A program made the translations under genes and the position numbers. 64,000 nucleotides of DNA, taken from the NCBI GenBank assembly GCA_015071005.1, contig SVIG01000007.1, positions 14,523-78,522 on the forward strand, written 5' to 3'. Position 1 is the stretch's first letter, and every line of letters begins with the position of its first letter. Below, one piece after another: positions 1 through 8,681 of the stretch. The notes under the pieces were generated by a model. It did no database searches and had not been told where the DNA came from. It was given only the letters and a program-made list of their open reading frames with translations. This DNA is from Clostridiales bacterium. Its GTDB lineage: Bacteria; Bacillota; Clostridia; Christensenellales; Borkfalkiaceae.

Positions 1-737
1 AGCATATAGTCGTTATATTCGCATTCGTAATACATGCCGTAAGCGGACATATCTTGTTTCATATACAAATGTCCTTCGCCTTTGCTCTTTATCTCTATGG
101 TCATACCGCCCATAGAAGTAGTACCCATTTCCAAAAGCGGCTCAAAGGTTTGGATCATTTGAGAAGAATAATTCAAAATTTGGGTCATTAAGTCGGATAA
201 TTGCGTGAATATGCTATTATGGAAAACCGTTTCGCTTTCTTCTAACGTTTCAGCAAGGACGGTGTAGTGGCTATTTGAATCTATTTTTGTTTCTAAGACG
301 CCCGTATCTTCGTTTTTCATTGTGGAATTTTCAAACTCGGACGTGGCGTCGATAGCTCTACCGTTTTCATCGATATAGAAATAGTTCGTTAAAACGCTTT
401 GGTGAATTGTTCCTATATATTCCTTATAAGGTTCTTCATATCCATAATATATATCGCTGTTTTCAAGGAGCATGTTATCGTAAATATAGTTATCTTCCTT
501 TGAGAATTTATGAGTCGAAGTCATAATCTCGTCGTCCATTTTGATTTTTAACGTATAGGTTAGTTTCGTAAGATCTTGCGCGGACAAGGTTTCGTTTTTT
601 GCCTTTACCCCCGCCATCAAGGCTTGTGCTTCTTGCGAAGAAATAGTGCTGCCGTGGTTGGCTTTATTCTTGTCGCCGCAGGCAACCAAAGAAAATGCGC
701 ATACAGCCGATAAGGCTAAAGTGAAGAGTTTTTTCAT
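1..737 (-). CDS. putative lipoprotein (C-terminal part lies outside the window)
   Basis: Minus-strand ATG at 737-735 is preceded by GGAGG. The N-terminus MKKLFTLALSAVCAFSLVACGDK has a signal peptide and a lipobox (LVAC). The hand-translated frame stays open toward the window edge. Confidence 0.7.
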   Translation of the reverse strand, partial: MKKLFTLALSAVCAFSLVACGDKNKANHGSTISSQEAQALMAGVKAKNETLSAQDLTKLTYTLKIKMDDEIMTSTHKFSKEDNYIYDNMLLENSDIYYGYEEPYKEYIGTIHQSVLTNYFYIDENGRAIDATSEFENSTMKNEDTGVLETKIDSNSHYTVLAETLEESETVFHNSIFTQLSDLMTQILNYSSQMIQTFEPLLEMGTTSMGGMTIEIKSKGEGHLYMKQDMSAYGMYYECEYNDYM

Positions 738-909
738 ATTAAATACCTCCTGAAAATGGATTATAACATTACTATAACACAAAAAATCGTATTATGCAAT
801 ACTTTCAAGAAAAAAAGGAGGGAAAATATATTTGTAGCAGCCGTACACGAAGATTTTGGGAGGGGTGAAAGGGGAGAACAAATTTTCCAAAAAAATCATC
901 AAAATATCA

Positions 910-938
910 TTGACAAAATTTGTAAAACATATTATAAT
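910..938 (+). promoter_or_regulatory. sigma-70-type promoter for the ATPase leader
   Basis: TTGACA (910-915), 17-nt spacer, TATAAT (933-938). Confidence 0.6.
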
Positions 939-949
939 AATCGTATAAT

Positions 950-1112
950 CCTTGAGGGAGTAGCGAACGCTTAAAAGCGCGACAAGTCAACATCACGGAC
1001 CGATCAACGGTTTGGCTTGTCTTAAATCGCGAGACTCATTGTACATATTTCCGTACAAAGAGTTGAAAAGGAATTTTTTTACCGAGTACGGAAAACGTAC
1101 TCGGTATTTTTT
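950..1112 (+). promoter_or_regulatory. candidate Mn2+-sensing (yybP-ykoY-type) riboswitch leader with terminator/antiterminator platform
   Basis: GAGGGAGUAGCG near the 5' end and AUCGCGAGACUCA near the 3' end match the conserved GGGGAGUAG...GAGAC signature. P1 would be UGAG (953-956) with CUCA (1035-1038). An internal helix pairs GACAAGUC with GGCUUGUC. Mutually exclusive helices follow: 1035-1044 with 1053-1062, 1048-1056 with 1086-1094, and the terminator at 1081-1105. The downstream gene is a P-type ATPase. Confidence 0.55.
1081..1112 (+). terminator. intrinsic terminator inside the 5' leader (attenuator)
   Basis: Perfect 10-bp stem ACCGAGTACG/CGTACTCGGT, loop GAAAA, then ATTTTTT. It lies about 58 nt upstream of the ATPase start codon. 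Confidence 0.8.
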
Positions 1113-1169
1113 ATATCGAGGTATATTGAGCGATAAAAGTGGAATAAAATAATAGGAGTAAAGAGGTTT

Positions 1170-3827
1170 ATGAAGTATTATTGTCAAGATAAGGCGACCG
1201 TTCTTGGCGCGTTAAACTCGACGGACAGCGGCTTAAAAGCTGAAGAAGCAAGCCGCCGTTTAGAGCAAAACGGCAAGAACAAACTCGTCGAAGGCAAAAA
1301 GAAATCTATCGTGCGTAGATTCTTAGAACAGCTCGCCGATCCAATGATCATCATTTTGATCGTAGCGGCTGTAATCAGCGGTGTACTTGCCGTGATGGAA
1401 GACGAAGGGCTTACCGACGCAATCATCATTATGTCGGTCGTATTGCTCAACGCGATTCTCGGCGTACTCCAAGAAAGCAAAGCGGAAAAGGCGATAGAAG
1501 CGCTGCAAAAGATGTCCGCGGCGACGTCAAAAGTTATTCGCGACGGCAAACTGCTTTTAATTCCGAGTGAAGAACTCGTCGTTGGCGACGTAGTCGTATT
1601 GGAAGCAGGGGACGCCGTACCGGCGGACGGCCGTATTTTGGAAAGCGCGAGCTTGAAGATCGAAGAAGCGGCACTCACGGGCGAATCCGTGCCCGTCACC
1701 AAAGACACGGAAGCAATTTCGATCGGAAGCGGCGCGAAAGACGTACCCTTAGGCGATAGAAAGAATATGGTCTATATGGGCAGTACGGTCGTATACGGGC
1801 GTGGCGTGGCTGTCATCACCGCGACGGGTATGGATACGGAAATGGGGAAAATTGCAGGCGCGCTCGCGCAAGCGGAAGAAGGAAAAACGCCTTTGCAAAA
1901 GAAACTTTCCCAGCTCTCTAAAACGCTTACTTGGCTCGTTTTGGGTATCTGCGTCATAGTATTCGGCGTACAAATCGTTCGCGAATTGACAAAAGGCGCG
2001 TTGGATTTCGACTTTGCGCTCGATTCCTTCATGATTGCGGTATCCCTTGCGGTAGCTGCGATCCCTGAAGGGCTTGCGGCGGTTGTTACCGTCGTGCTTT
2101 CGATCGGCGTGACGAATATGTCCAAGCGCAACGCAATTATCCGTAAACTTACGGCGGTAGAAGCGCTCGGTTGCGCGCAAATCATTTGCTCCGATAAGAC
2201 GGGTACGCTCACGCAAAACAAGATGACGGTAGTCGAAAGCTTTGGCGGCGACGAAAAATATCTTGCGCAAGCGATGGCGCTTTGCTCGGATGCGAAAATC
2301 GACGAAGAAGGCTCGCTTACGGGCGAACCTACGGAAACGGCGCTCGTGGTTTGGGCGGATAAACTCGGCTATGCAAACCCTGCTTTAAGAAGCGCAAACG
2401 CGCGTGTAGGGGAAGCTCCGTTCGATTCCAACCGTAAGATGATGTCTACCGTACACGATACGGAAAGCGGCATCGTACAGTATACGAAGGGTGCGCCCGA
2501 CGTGGTTATCGACCGTTGCGCTTACTATTTGAAAGACGGTAAAGTTCTTCCCATGACGGAAGAATATAAAGCGGAAATCCTTGCTGCGAATAAAAATATG
2601 GCGGATAAAGCGCTCCGTGTGCTCGCTTGTGCGAGAAGGACGTGGGATAGTGCACCGACTTCCTGTGAGCCGGAAAGCTTGGAAAACGAACTTTGCTTTA
2701 TTGGGCTTTGCGGTATGATCGACCCCGTCCGTCCCGAAGTAAAATTGGCAATCGAGCAATGCCGTGAGGCAGGCGTTCGTCCGATTATGATCACGGGCGA
2801 CCACGTCGATACGGCAATCGCGATTGCAAAAGAGCTCGGCATTTTGGGTGAAGGGCAACGCGCTATGACGGGCGCGCAGCTCAATGAAATGGACGATGAA
2901 ACCTTCGAAAAAGAATTCCAATATATTAGCGTGTACGCGCGTGTACAGCCCGAGCATAAGACGCGTATTGTCACCGCTTGGAAGAAAGCGGGCTGCGTGA
3001 CGGCGATGACGGGCGACGGCGTAAACGACGCGCCTTCCATTAAAGCGGCGGATATCGGCGTTGGTATGGGTATTACGGGTACGGACGTAACGAAAAACGT
3101 TGCGGACATGGTACTCGCGGACGACAATTTCGCGACGATCGTAGGCGCGGTAGGCGAAGGTAGAAGAATCTACGCGAATATCCGTAAAGCGATCCAATTC
3201 TTGCTCGCTTCGAATATGAGTGAAGTTATCGCAATCTTCTTTGCAACCCTCGTCGGATTCACGATTTTAGAGCCCGTACACTTGCTTTGGATCAACCTTG
3301 TTACGGACACCTTCCCCGCGCTTGCTTTGGGCGTAGAGAAAGGGGAAAGCGACATTATGAAAAAGAAGCCCCGAGATTCAAAATCAGGTATCTTTGCCGA
3401 GGGTATGGGCGTAGACATTCTCTATCAAGGTTTCTTGATTGCGGTGCTTACGATTGCTTCCTATTACCTTGGTTATTACGTGCTTTCGCCCGTTGATGTA
3501 GAAGCGGTTGCGCATGCCCACGGTATGACGATGGCGTTCTTGACGTTGTCTTTGTCCGAAGTCTTCCATTGCTTGAATATGCGCTCGCAAAGAAAGAGCT
3601 TGTTCTCGGTGAAGACGTTTAACTTGGCGCTTGTTTTGGCGGCGGTAGGGTCCTTCCTTGCGACCGTACTTGTCTGCGAAGTACCTTTCTTTGCGGAAGC
3701 GTTCAGCTTGGTAAGCATCGGTTGGGAAGAATATCTTGTAGCAATCGGGCTTGCATTTGCGGTCATCCCCATAGTGGAAACGGTGAAGTTGATTCAGGCA
3801 GGTTTTTCGAAAAAACGTCAAAAATAA
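1170..3827 (+). CDS. P-type cation-transporting ATPase (P2-type, Ca2+/Mn2+-ATPase-like)
   Basis: 885-aa ORF with TGES, the phosphorylation motif DKTGTLT, the hinge motif TGDGVNDAPS and multiple TM segments at both ends. Confidence 0.95.
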   Translation: MKYYCQDKATVLGALNSTDSGLKAEEASRRLEQNGKNKLVEGKKKSIVRRFLEQLADPMIIILIVAAVISGVLAVMEDEGLTDAIIIMSVVLLNAILGVLQESKAEKAIEALQKMSAATSKVIRDGKLLLIPSEELVVGDVVVLEAGDAVPADGRILESASLKIEEAALTGESVPVTKDTEAISIGSGAKDVPLGDRKNMVYMGSTVVYGRGVAVITATGMDTEMGKIAGALAQAEEGKTPLQKKLSQLSKTLTWLVLGICVIVFGVQIVRELTKGALDFDFALDSFMIAVSLAVAAIPEGLAAVVTVVLSIGVTNMSKRNAIIRKLTAVEALGCAQIICSDKTGTLTQNKMTVVESFGGDEKYLAQAMALCSDAKIDEEGSLTGEPTETALVVWADKLGYANPALRSANARVGEAPFDSNRKMMSTVHDTESGIVQYTKGAPDVVIDRCAYYLKDGKVLPMTEEYKAEILAANKNMADKALRVLACARRTWDSAPTSCEPESLENELCFIGLCGMIDPVRPEVKLAIEQCREAGVRPIMITGDHVDTAIAIAKELGILGEGQRAMTGAQLNEMDDETFEKEFQYISVYARVQPEHKTRIVTAWKKAGCVTAMTGDGVNDAPSIKAADIGVGMGITGTDVTKNVADMVLADDNFATIVGAVGEGRRIYANIRKAIQFLLASNMSEVIAIFFATLVGFTILEPVHLLWINLVTDTFPALALGVEKGESDIMKKKPRDSKSGIFAEGMGVDILYQGFLIAVLTIASYYLGYYVLSPVDVEAVAHAHGMTMAFLTLSLSEVFHCLNMRSQRKSLFSVKTFNLALVLAAVGSFLATVLVCEVPFFAEAFSLVSIGWEEYLVAIGLAFAVIPIVETVKLIQAGFSKKRQK

Positions 3828-3881
3828 AATGCTTATAGACCGTACCCATGTACGAGTTTGACAAAATTTTGAGTGAAAAAG

Positions 3882-3920
3882 AGGCGGGCAAGGTCGCGTT
3901 GAACGCGAAATTGCCCGCCT
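3882..3920 (+). terminator. hairpin downstream of the ATPase gene (weak U-tract)
   Basis: AGGCGGGCAA (3882-3891) pairs with TTGCCCGCCT (3911-3920). Only TT follows. Confidence 0.4.
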
Positions 3921-3986
3921 TTGACGCAAAATACTCCTTTTTTATAAAAAAAATTGTAAAAAAGCAAAGATTTTTTTTTCAAACCC

Positions 3987-4015
3987 TTGACCGATTGGTT
4001 TGAATATGTTATAAT
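3987..4015 (+). promoter_or_regulatory. near-consensus sigma-70 promoter
   Basis: TTGACC (3987-3992), 17-nt spacer, TATAAT (4010-4015). This predicts a leader of about 160 nt before the ATG at 4184. Confidence 0.6.
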
Positions 4016-4183
4016 AATGCTTGTATAGGTTTAATAGGGAGATTTTTTATTAAATCCGTACCTGTCAAGGCGCATTTAGCGTTTTGGCCAAACAAGTGAA
4101 CAATATTTTTCGAATCGAAAAACAAGTCGGTTCGAAAAAATGATTGATAAAGTAAAAAAATATTATGTGTCCGAGGTGAAATA

Positions 4184-5884
4184 ATGGCGGAAAGAAGAAG
4201 AAACGGCGGTTCCCAAATCGACGCGTTGTATCAGTGGATCTCTTACGACTTGCAAAAGATGAGAGCAGATCTCCTTAAAGAAATGCAAATGTCTTCCACG
4301 CAAGTAGGTTCTTTGTACAACGAAATCAAAGAAGATAACAAGCAATCTTCCGATGCGATCGCAAGGGAAATTCGCTACGGCTACAAGCAAAATCAAAACG
4401 TATACGATGGTTTGTCTTCGATTATCAAAGACGAAGTATCTTCCAAGCTTGACAACGTGTCCGGCGAAAAAATCGAAGAGCTTTTGAACGAAGTTAGCGA
4501 ACTTAAGTATAGCTATCAGCAATTGCAAGCTGCATACGAAGGCATTGAGCCCAAGATGGACAGCTTGGCTGAGAAAGTTGAAAAGCTTGACGAGCTTTCC
4601 GCACGTTTGCAAGAAGTATGTGATAAGTTCGACCTTACGGCGGTTGAAAATCAGCTCGCGGATATCAACGCTAAACTCGCTGACGGTTGCGGTATCACAG
4701 AGGAAGACCTCGTTAAAGTTGCAGAAAAGACGGAAGAAAGCGTAAGCGTACATAGCCAAAAGGTTCTTGACGCGGTTGCGGCAATTCCCGTCGCTGAAAA
4801 CGTTGACTACGTTCGTATCGTTGACGAAGTTGGCGATAGAGTGCTCGAGCTTTTGAACGAATCGCGCGAAGCGACGGTTGAGGGTACGTCGGAAAAGGTT
4901 GTAGAATCTATGCCTTATCCCGAAAAGCTCGATTACGACCGTTTGGCGGATATGGTAGCTGAAAAGCTTGCTGCGAAGATGCAACAAAACTATGACGTTG
5001 TTCTCGACGAGGCTGGTCTTGACGCGATTGCAGACAAAGTGGTTGCGAAGATGGGCGCGGCTGCAATCGATTACGATAGAGTTTGCCTTGCAGCACAAGC
5101 GGCGCAAGTTGTTACCGATCCCGTTGACTATGATAGAATCGGCGAAATCGTGGAAGATAAGCTCGCTGGTATGACTTGCAACGTCGTTCTTGAAACGCCC
5201 GTTGAAGAAGTTGTAGCGGAAGAGCCCGTTGTTGAAGAACCCGTAGTGGAAGAAGTTGCGGTTGTTGAAGAACCCGTAGTAGAAGCACCTGCAACGGAAG
5301 AAATCGCAGTTGCGGTTGCTCCCGTAGTAGAAGAGCTTCCTATCTTCGACGGCGACCAAATGGTTGATGCGGAAACGGGTCTTGTAATCCGTTTGAAGAA
5401 GAGCTTCACCGCAAAGATGAAGCAAAGCGAAGACGGTGTTAAATCGTACTATTCGGATATCAAGAACGAATTGACGTCCTATAAGAGAATCAATTCCAAC
5501 GTAAGCTGGCACGGCGACAGATTCAACTTCGGTCGTGACACGGTTGCAAAGATGACCATCGTAGGTAAGACGTTGAATCTCTATCTTGCACTTGATCCCA
5601 ACGATCCCGAATTCAAGACGACCGTTTACCACCAAAAAGACGTTGGTTCGCAAAAGGCATACGAAAGCACGCCTTTCATGGTTAAGGTTAAGAGCGACGC
5701 AGCTGCTAAGAAAGCGCTTCGTTTGGTAGCGGCTCTTGCTGAAAAGCTTGCAACGGAAAAGGAAGAAAGTTTTGTTGCTGTTGATTACACGGCGGAATAC
5801 GCTTACGAATCGACGAAAGCTTTGTTCGAAGCAGGCTTTATTAAAGCGACGAAAGAAAAGAAAGTTGACCTTGACACCATCTAA
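4184..5884 (+). CDS. hypothetical acidic coiled-coil/repeat protein
   Basis: 566-aa ORF with SD GAGGTG 6 nt upstream. No signal peptide or TM segment. It has 4-5 copies of a (V/L/I)DY(D/V)R(I/L)..V..KL motif and an EEPVVEEPVVEE acidic tract. The C-terminal ~170-aa domain matches no family I recognise. Confidence 0.8.
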   Translation: MAERRRNGGSQIDALYQWISYDLQKMRADLLKEMQMSSTQVGSLYNEIKEDNKQSSDAIAREIRYGYKQNQNVYDGLSSIIKDEVSSKLDNVSGEKIEELLNEVSELKYSYQQLQAAYEGIEPKMDSLAEKVEKLDELSARLQEVCDKFDLTAVENQLADINAKLADGCGITEEDLVKVAEKTEESVSVHSQKVLDAVAAIPVAENVDYVRIVDEVGDRVLELLNESREATVEGTSEKVVESMPYPEKLDYDRLADMVAEKLAAKMQQNYDVVLDEAGLDAIADKVVAKMGAAAIDYDRVCLAAQAAQVVTDPVDYDRIGEIVEDKLAGMTCNVVLETPVEEVVAEEPVVEEPVVEEVAVVEEPVVEAPATEEIAVAVAPVVEELPIFDGDQMVDAETGLVIRLKKSFTAKMKQSEDGVKSYYSDIKNELTSYKRINSNVSWHGDRFNFGRDTVAKMTIVGKTLNLYLALDPNDPEFKTTVYHQKDVGSQKAYESTPFMVKVKSDAAAKKALRLVAALAEKLATEKEESFVAVDYTAEYAYESTKALFEAGFIKATKEKKVDLDTI

Positions 5885-5921
5885 TTTTTTCGACACAAAA
5901 GACACATACGAATAAAAAGAA

Positions 5922-5960
5922 AGAGAGCTGATAATTCCCATATTTTCGGCTCTCTATTTT
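5922..5960 (+). terminator. intrinsic terminator
   Basis: 9-bp stem AGAGAGCTG/CGGCTCTCT (one G-U pair) followed by ATTTT. Confidence 0.6.
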
Positions 5961-6002
5961 ATGGGCGGAGTTTGTCTCCGTCAAGGAGTATAACGAAAAA
6001 AA

Positions 6003-8027
6003 GTGAAAGAAAAAACAACGAAAACAACAAACAAGGGATTGTCCCAAGAAACGCCCAAAAGAAAAACTTTAACAAAAAGCAAGCGCAATCCTATGGGTAC
6101 GGCATTTTTTGGGAACATGGATACTTTTTCAACGCAAGAGCAAAAGTCCATGAAAAGTAGGGCAGTAAAGCCGAAGCGGGACGCCAAGACTTCGCCTCGC
6201 AAAACGGAAAATAAAGCCGATTCCAAACCCATAAAGAAAACGGCGGTAATAGAAAATCCCAAAAAGCGTATTTCCGCGCCTCGTAATTCCAAGAAGGAAA
6301 TCAAGACGCAGGTAGTCAAGCCTGTTGAAATGAATAAACCCGTAAAGACGAAGAAAGTACCAAAAAAACGCGCGCAAAAGCCCGTTAAAATTATTTTTCT
6401 TGGCGGCGTAGGCGAGATTGGCAAGAATATGACGGCGTTCGAATACGGAAACGATATTATCATTCTCGACGCGGGTCTTACTTTCCCTAATAGCGAGGAT
6501 ATGCCGGGTGTAGATTCCGTTGTGCCGGACGTTACGTATTTGGCGCAAAACAAGGATAAAATTCGCGGCGTATTGCTCACGCACGGTCATGAAGATCATA
6601 TCGGCGGCGTGCCGTATTTGATGAAAGAACTCAACTCCGATACGCCTATTTTCGGCACGAGGCTTACCTTAATGCTCACGGATAATAAGCTCCAAGAGCA
6701 TCGAATTCAAGACACGGTGCAACGCGTTGTAAAAGCAGGCGACAAGGTAAAGTTAGGCGCGTTTGAAGTGGAATTTATCAATGTAAACCACTCGATTTCG
6801 GGCGCTTGTGCGCTTGCGATTCGCACACCGAACGGTTTGATTTACCATAGTGGCGATTTTAAGATTGACTTGACCCCCGTAGCGGGCGAACCGATTGATT
6901 TCAAGCGTATTTCCGAGCTTGGCAAGGAAGGGGTGTTGCTCTATATGAGCGAATCTACGAATATTGAACGCCCCGGCTATACGATGAGTGAAACGGTTGT
7001 CGGCACGACGCTCGATCATCTTTTTTCAGAAAATATGCACCGTAGACTGATCATCGCTACGTTTGCATCCAACGTGCACCGCTTGCAACAAATCATTGAT
7101 TTGGCGGTCAAATATAGAAGAAAAGTCGCGCTTTCGGGACGCAGTATGTTCAAGGTGGTGGACGCTGCGGTCAAAATTGGCGAATTAAAAATTCCCGAAG
7201 GAATACTCATAGACATTGAAAAGACGAAAAATCTTTTTGATGGAGAACTTTTGATTGTTTCCACCGGTTCGCAGGGCGAGCCTATGAGCGCACTTACGCG
7301 TATGTCGATGGGCGAGTTTAATAAAGTGACCATCGGCGAGAATGATACTGTCATTATTTCGGCGAATCCGATCCCCGGCAACGAAAAAATGATTTATCGC
7401 GTTATCAATAATCTTTATAAGCGCGGCGCACGCGTCGTTTACGAGAGCTTGGAAAAAATCCACGTTTCGGGACATGCTTGTCAGGAAGAACACAAGATTT
7501 TGTTGAGCTTATTAAAGCCTAAATTCTTTATTCCCGTACATGGGGAATATCGTCACTTAAAGCGCCACGCACAGCTAGCGGAAGCACTCGGCGTACCCGA
7601 AAAAAATATCTTGATTACGGACATTGGTAATTGTGTTGAACTTACTGAGAGCGAGATGAAATTTGGCGAAAACGTGCAGGCAGGTACGCTTCTAATCGAC
7701 GGCGTGGGGGTAGAAGACTACGGCGATAGTGAAGTTATGAAGGATCGCTTGAAGATGTCGGCGGACGGCGTTTTCACCGTCGCGATTGCGGTGACGGGAA
7801 ATTACGTGATTAACGATCCTGCAATCGAAGCGCACGGCTGCACCTTCACGGACGACACGTCCGAAGCGGATATGCGCGCGGTCGTTTGCCGCGCGGTGGA
7901 TAGCTATGATTATTCGTACGGAAATAAGACGGAATTAGCACTCGCGATCAAGAAGTCACTCAAAAACTATTTTTACAGAAAGACAAAGAAAGCGCCTCTT
8001 ATCGTCGTTTCCATACTCGACGTGTAA
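6003..8027 (+). CDS. rnj: ribonuclease J with a ~128-aa lysine-rich N-terminal extension
   Basis: Metallo-beta-lactamase motif HGHEDHIGG, and the typical RNase J start KIIFLGGVGEIGKNM only at about aa 129. GTG start at 6003, with AAGGAG 14 nt upstream. The start codon is uncertain. Confidence 0.9.
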   Translation: MKEKTTKTTNKGLSQETPKRKTLTKSKRNPMGTAFFGNMDTFSTQEQKSMKSRAVKPKRDAKTSPRKTENKADSKPIKKTAVIENPKKRISAPRNSKKEIKTQVVKPVEMNKPVKTKKVPKKRAQKPVKIIFLGGVGEIGKNMTAFEYGNDIIILDAGLTFPNSEDMPGVDSVVPDVTYLAQNKDKIRGVLLTHGHEDHIGGVPYLMKELNSDTPIFGTRLTLMLTDNKLQEHRIQDTVQRVVKAGDKVKLGAFEVEFINVNHSISGACALAIRTPNGLIYHSGDFKIDLTPVAGEPIDFKRISELGKEGVLLYMSESTNIERPGYTMSETVVGTTLDHLFSENMHRRLIIATFASNVHRLQQIIDLAVKYRRKVALSGRSMFKVVDAAVKIGELKIPEGILIDIEKTKNLFDGELLIVSTGSQGEPMSALTRMSMGEFNKVTIGENDTVIISANPIPGNEKMIYRVINNLYKRGARVVYESLEKIHVSGHACQEEHKILLSLLKPKFFIPVHGEYRHLKRHAQLAEALGVPEKNILITDIGNCVELTESEMKFGENVQAGTLLIDGVGVEDYGDSEVMKDRLKMSADGVFTVAIAVTGNYVINDPAIEAHGCTFTDDTSEADMRAVVCRAVDSYDYSYGNKTELALAIKKSLKNYFYRKTKKAPLIVVSILDV

Positions 8028-8045
8028 GGCAGAAAGTAGGCAGGA

Positions 8046-8678
8046 ATGAAATATACCGCATCCCTTGTAAAACTAAATATAGATCCTAAGATCGTTGAAA
8101 AAAGGGTGGATGCGCTTTCGCGCGGAATCCCCGTTGCGGACGATGAAACGTTGAATTTTTTACTCGTCACGCTTGCTGCGACGCAGCCAACGCGCATTTT
8201 GGAGATTGGTACGGCGGTTGGGCTTTCGTCTATTGCGATGTTAAAAGCTTGTCCGAATGCGCGTTTGACGACGATGGAATTGGAAGAAGAGCGGTATTTG
8301 GAAGCCAAACAAAATTTCCTTGATTTTGGCGTTTCTGAGCGCGTGAACGCGTACATGGGTGATGCGGGCGAGATTTTGGCGATGATGGACGGGGAATACG
8401 ATTTCGTATTTTTGGACGGGCCAAAGGCGCAATACGAGAAATATTTATTCGATTTGAAGCGGTTGATGAAGAAGGGCGCGATTCTCTTTGCCGACGACGT
8501 ACTTTTGTACGGTTGGGTAAGCGGCGAAGAACCCACGCCCCAAAAACGCCATTCGATTGTTGATAAAATCCGTTCGTATTTGCATACGATCACCGCGGAT
8601 AAGGATTTCGTGACGTCCGTACTCGATATCGGCGACGGTGTGGCGTTGTCCGTTTATACCAAAGAAGAAGAGAGATAG
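8046..8678 (+). CDS. trmR: class I SAM-dependent O-methyltransferase (YrrM/TrmR-like)
   Basis: 210 aa with an LEIGTAVGLSS SAM-binding motif. It sits immediately upstream of a U32 peptidase-family gene, as in the B. subtilis yrrMNO arrangement. Confidence 0.7.
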   Translation: MKYTASLVKLNIDPKIVEKRVDALSRGIPVADDETLNFLLVTLAATQPTRILEIGTAVGLSSIAMLKACPNARLTTMELEEERYLEAKQNFLDFGVSERVNAYMGDAGEILAMMDGEYDFVFLDGPKAQYEKYLFDLKRLMKKGAILFADDVLLYGWVSGEEPTPQKRHSIVDKIRSYLHTITADKDFVTSVLDIGDGVALSVYTKEEER

Positions 8679-8681
8679 TTT

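Noticed and set aside
756-974. 72-aa ORF upstream of the ATPase gene
   Set aside because: It overlaps the consensus promoter and the riboswitch-like leader, has no SD, and its composition is not protein-like.
4163-5941. 592-aa ORF antisense to the 566-aa acidic protein gene, longer than the sense ORF
   Set aside because: It is in the codon-aligned antisense phase. It stays open only because the sense gene contains no TTA, CTA or TCA codons. Its product is low-complexity (F/R/N/V-rich) and there is no SD. The same artefact appears opposite gdhA (24513-25901), potA (30782-31762), the ATPase, ftsZ and others. I treat it as a codon-bias signal, not a gene.
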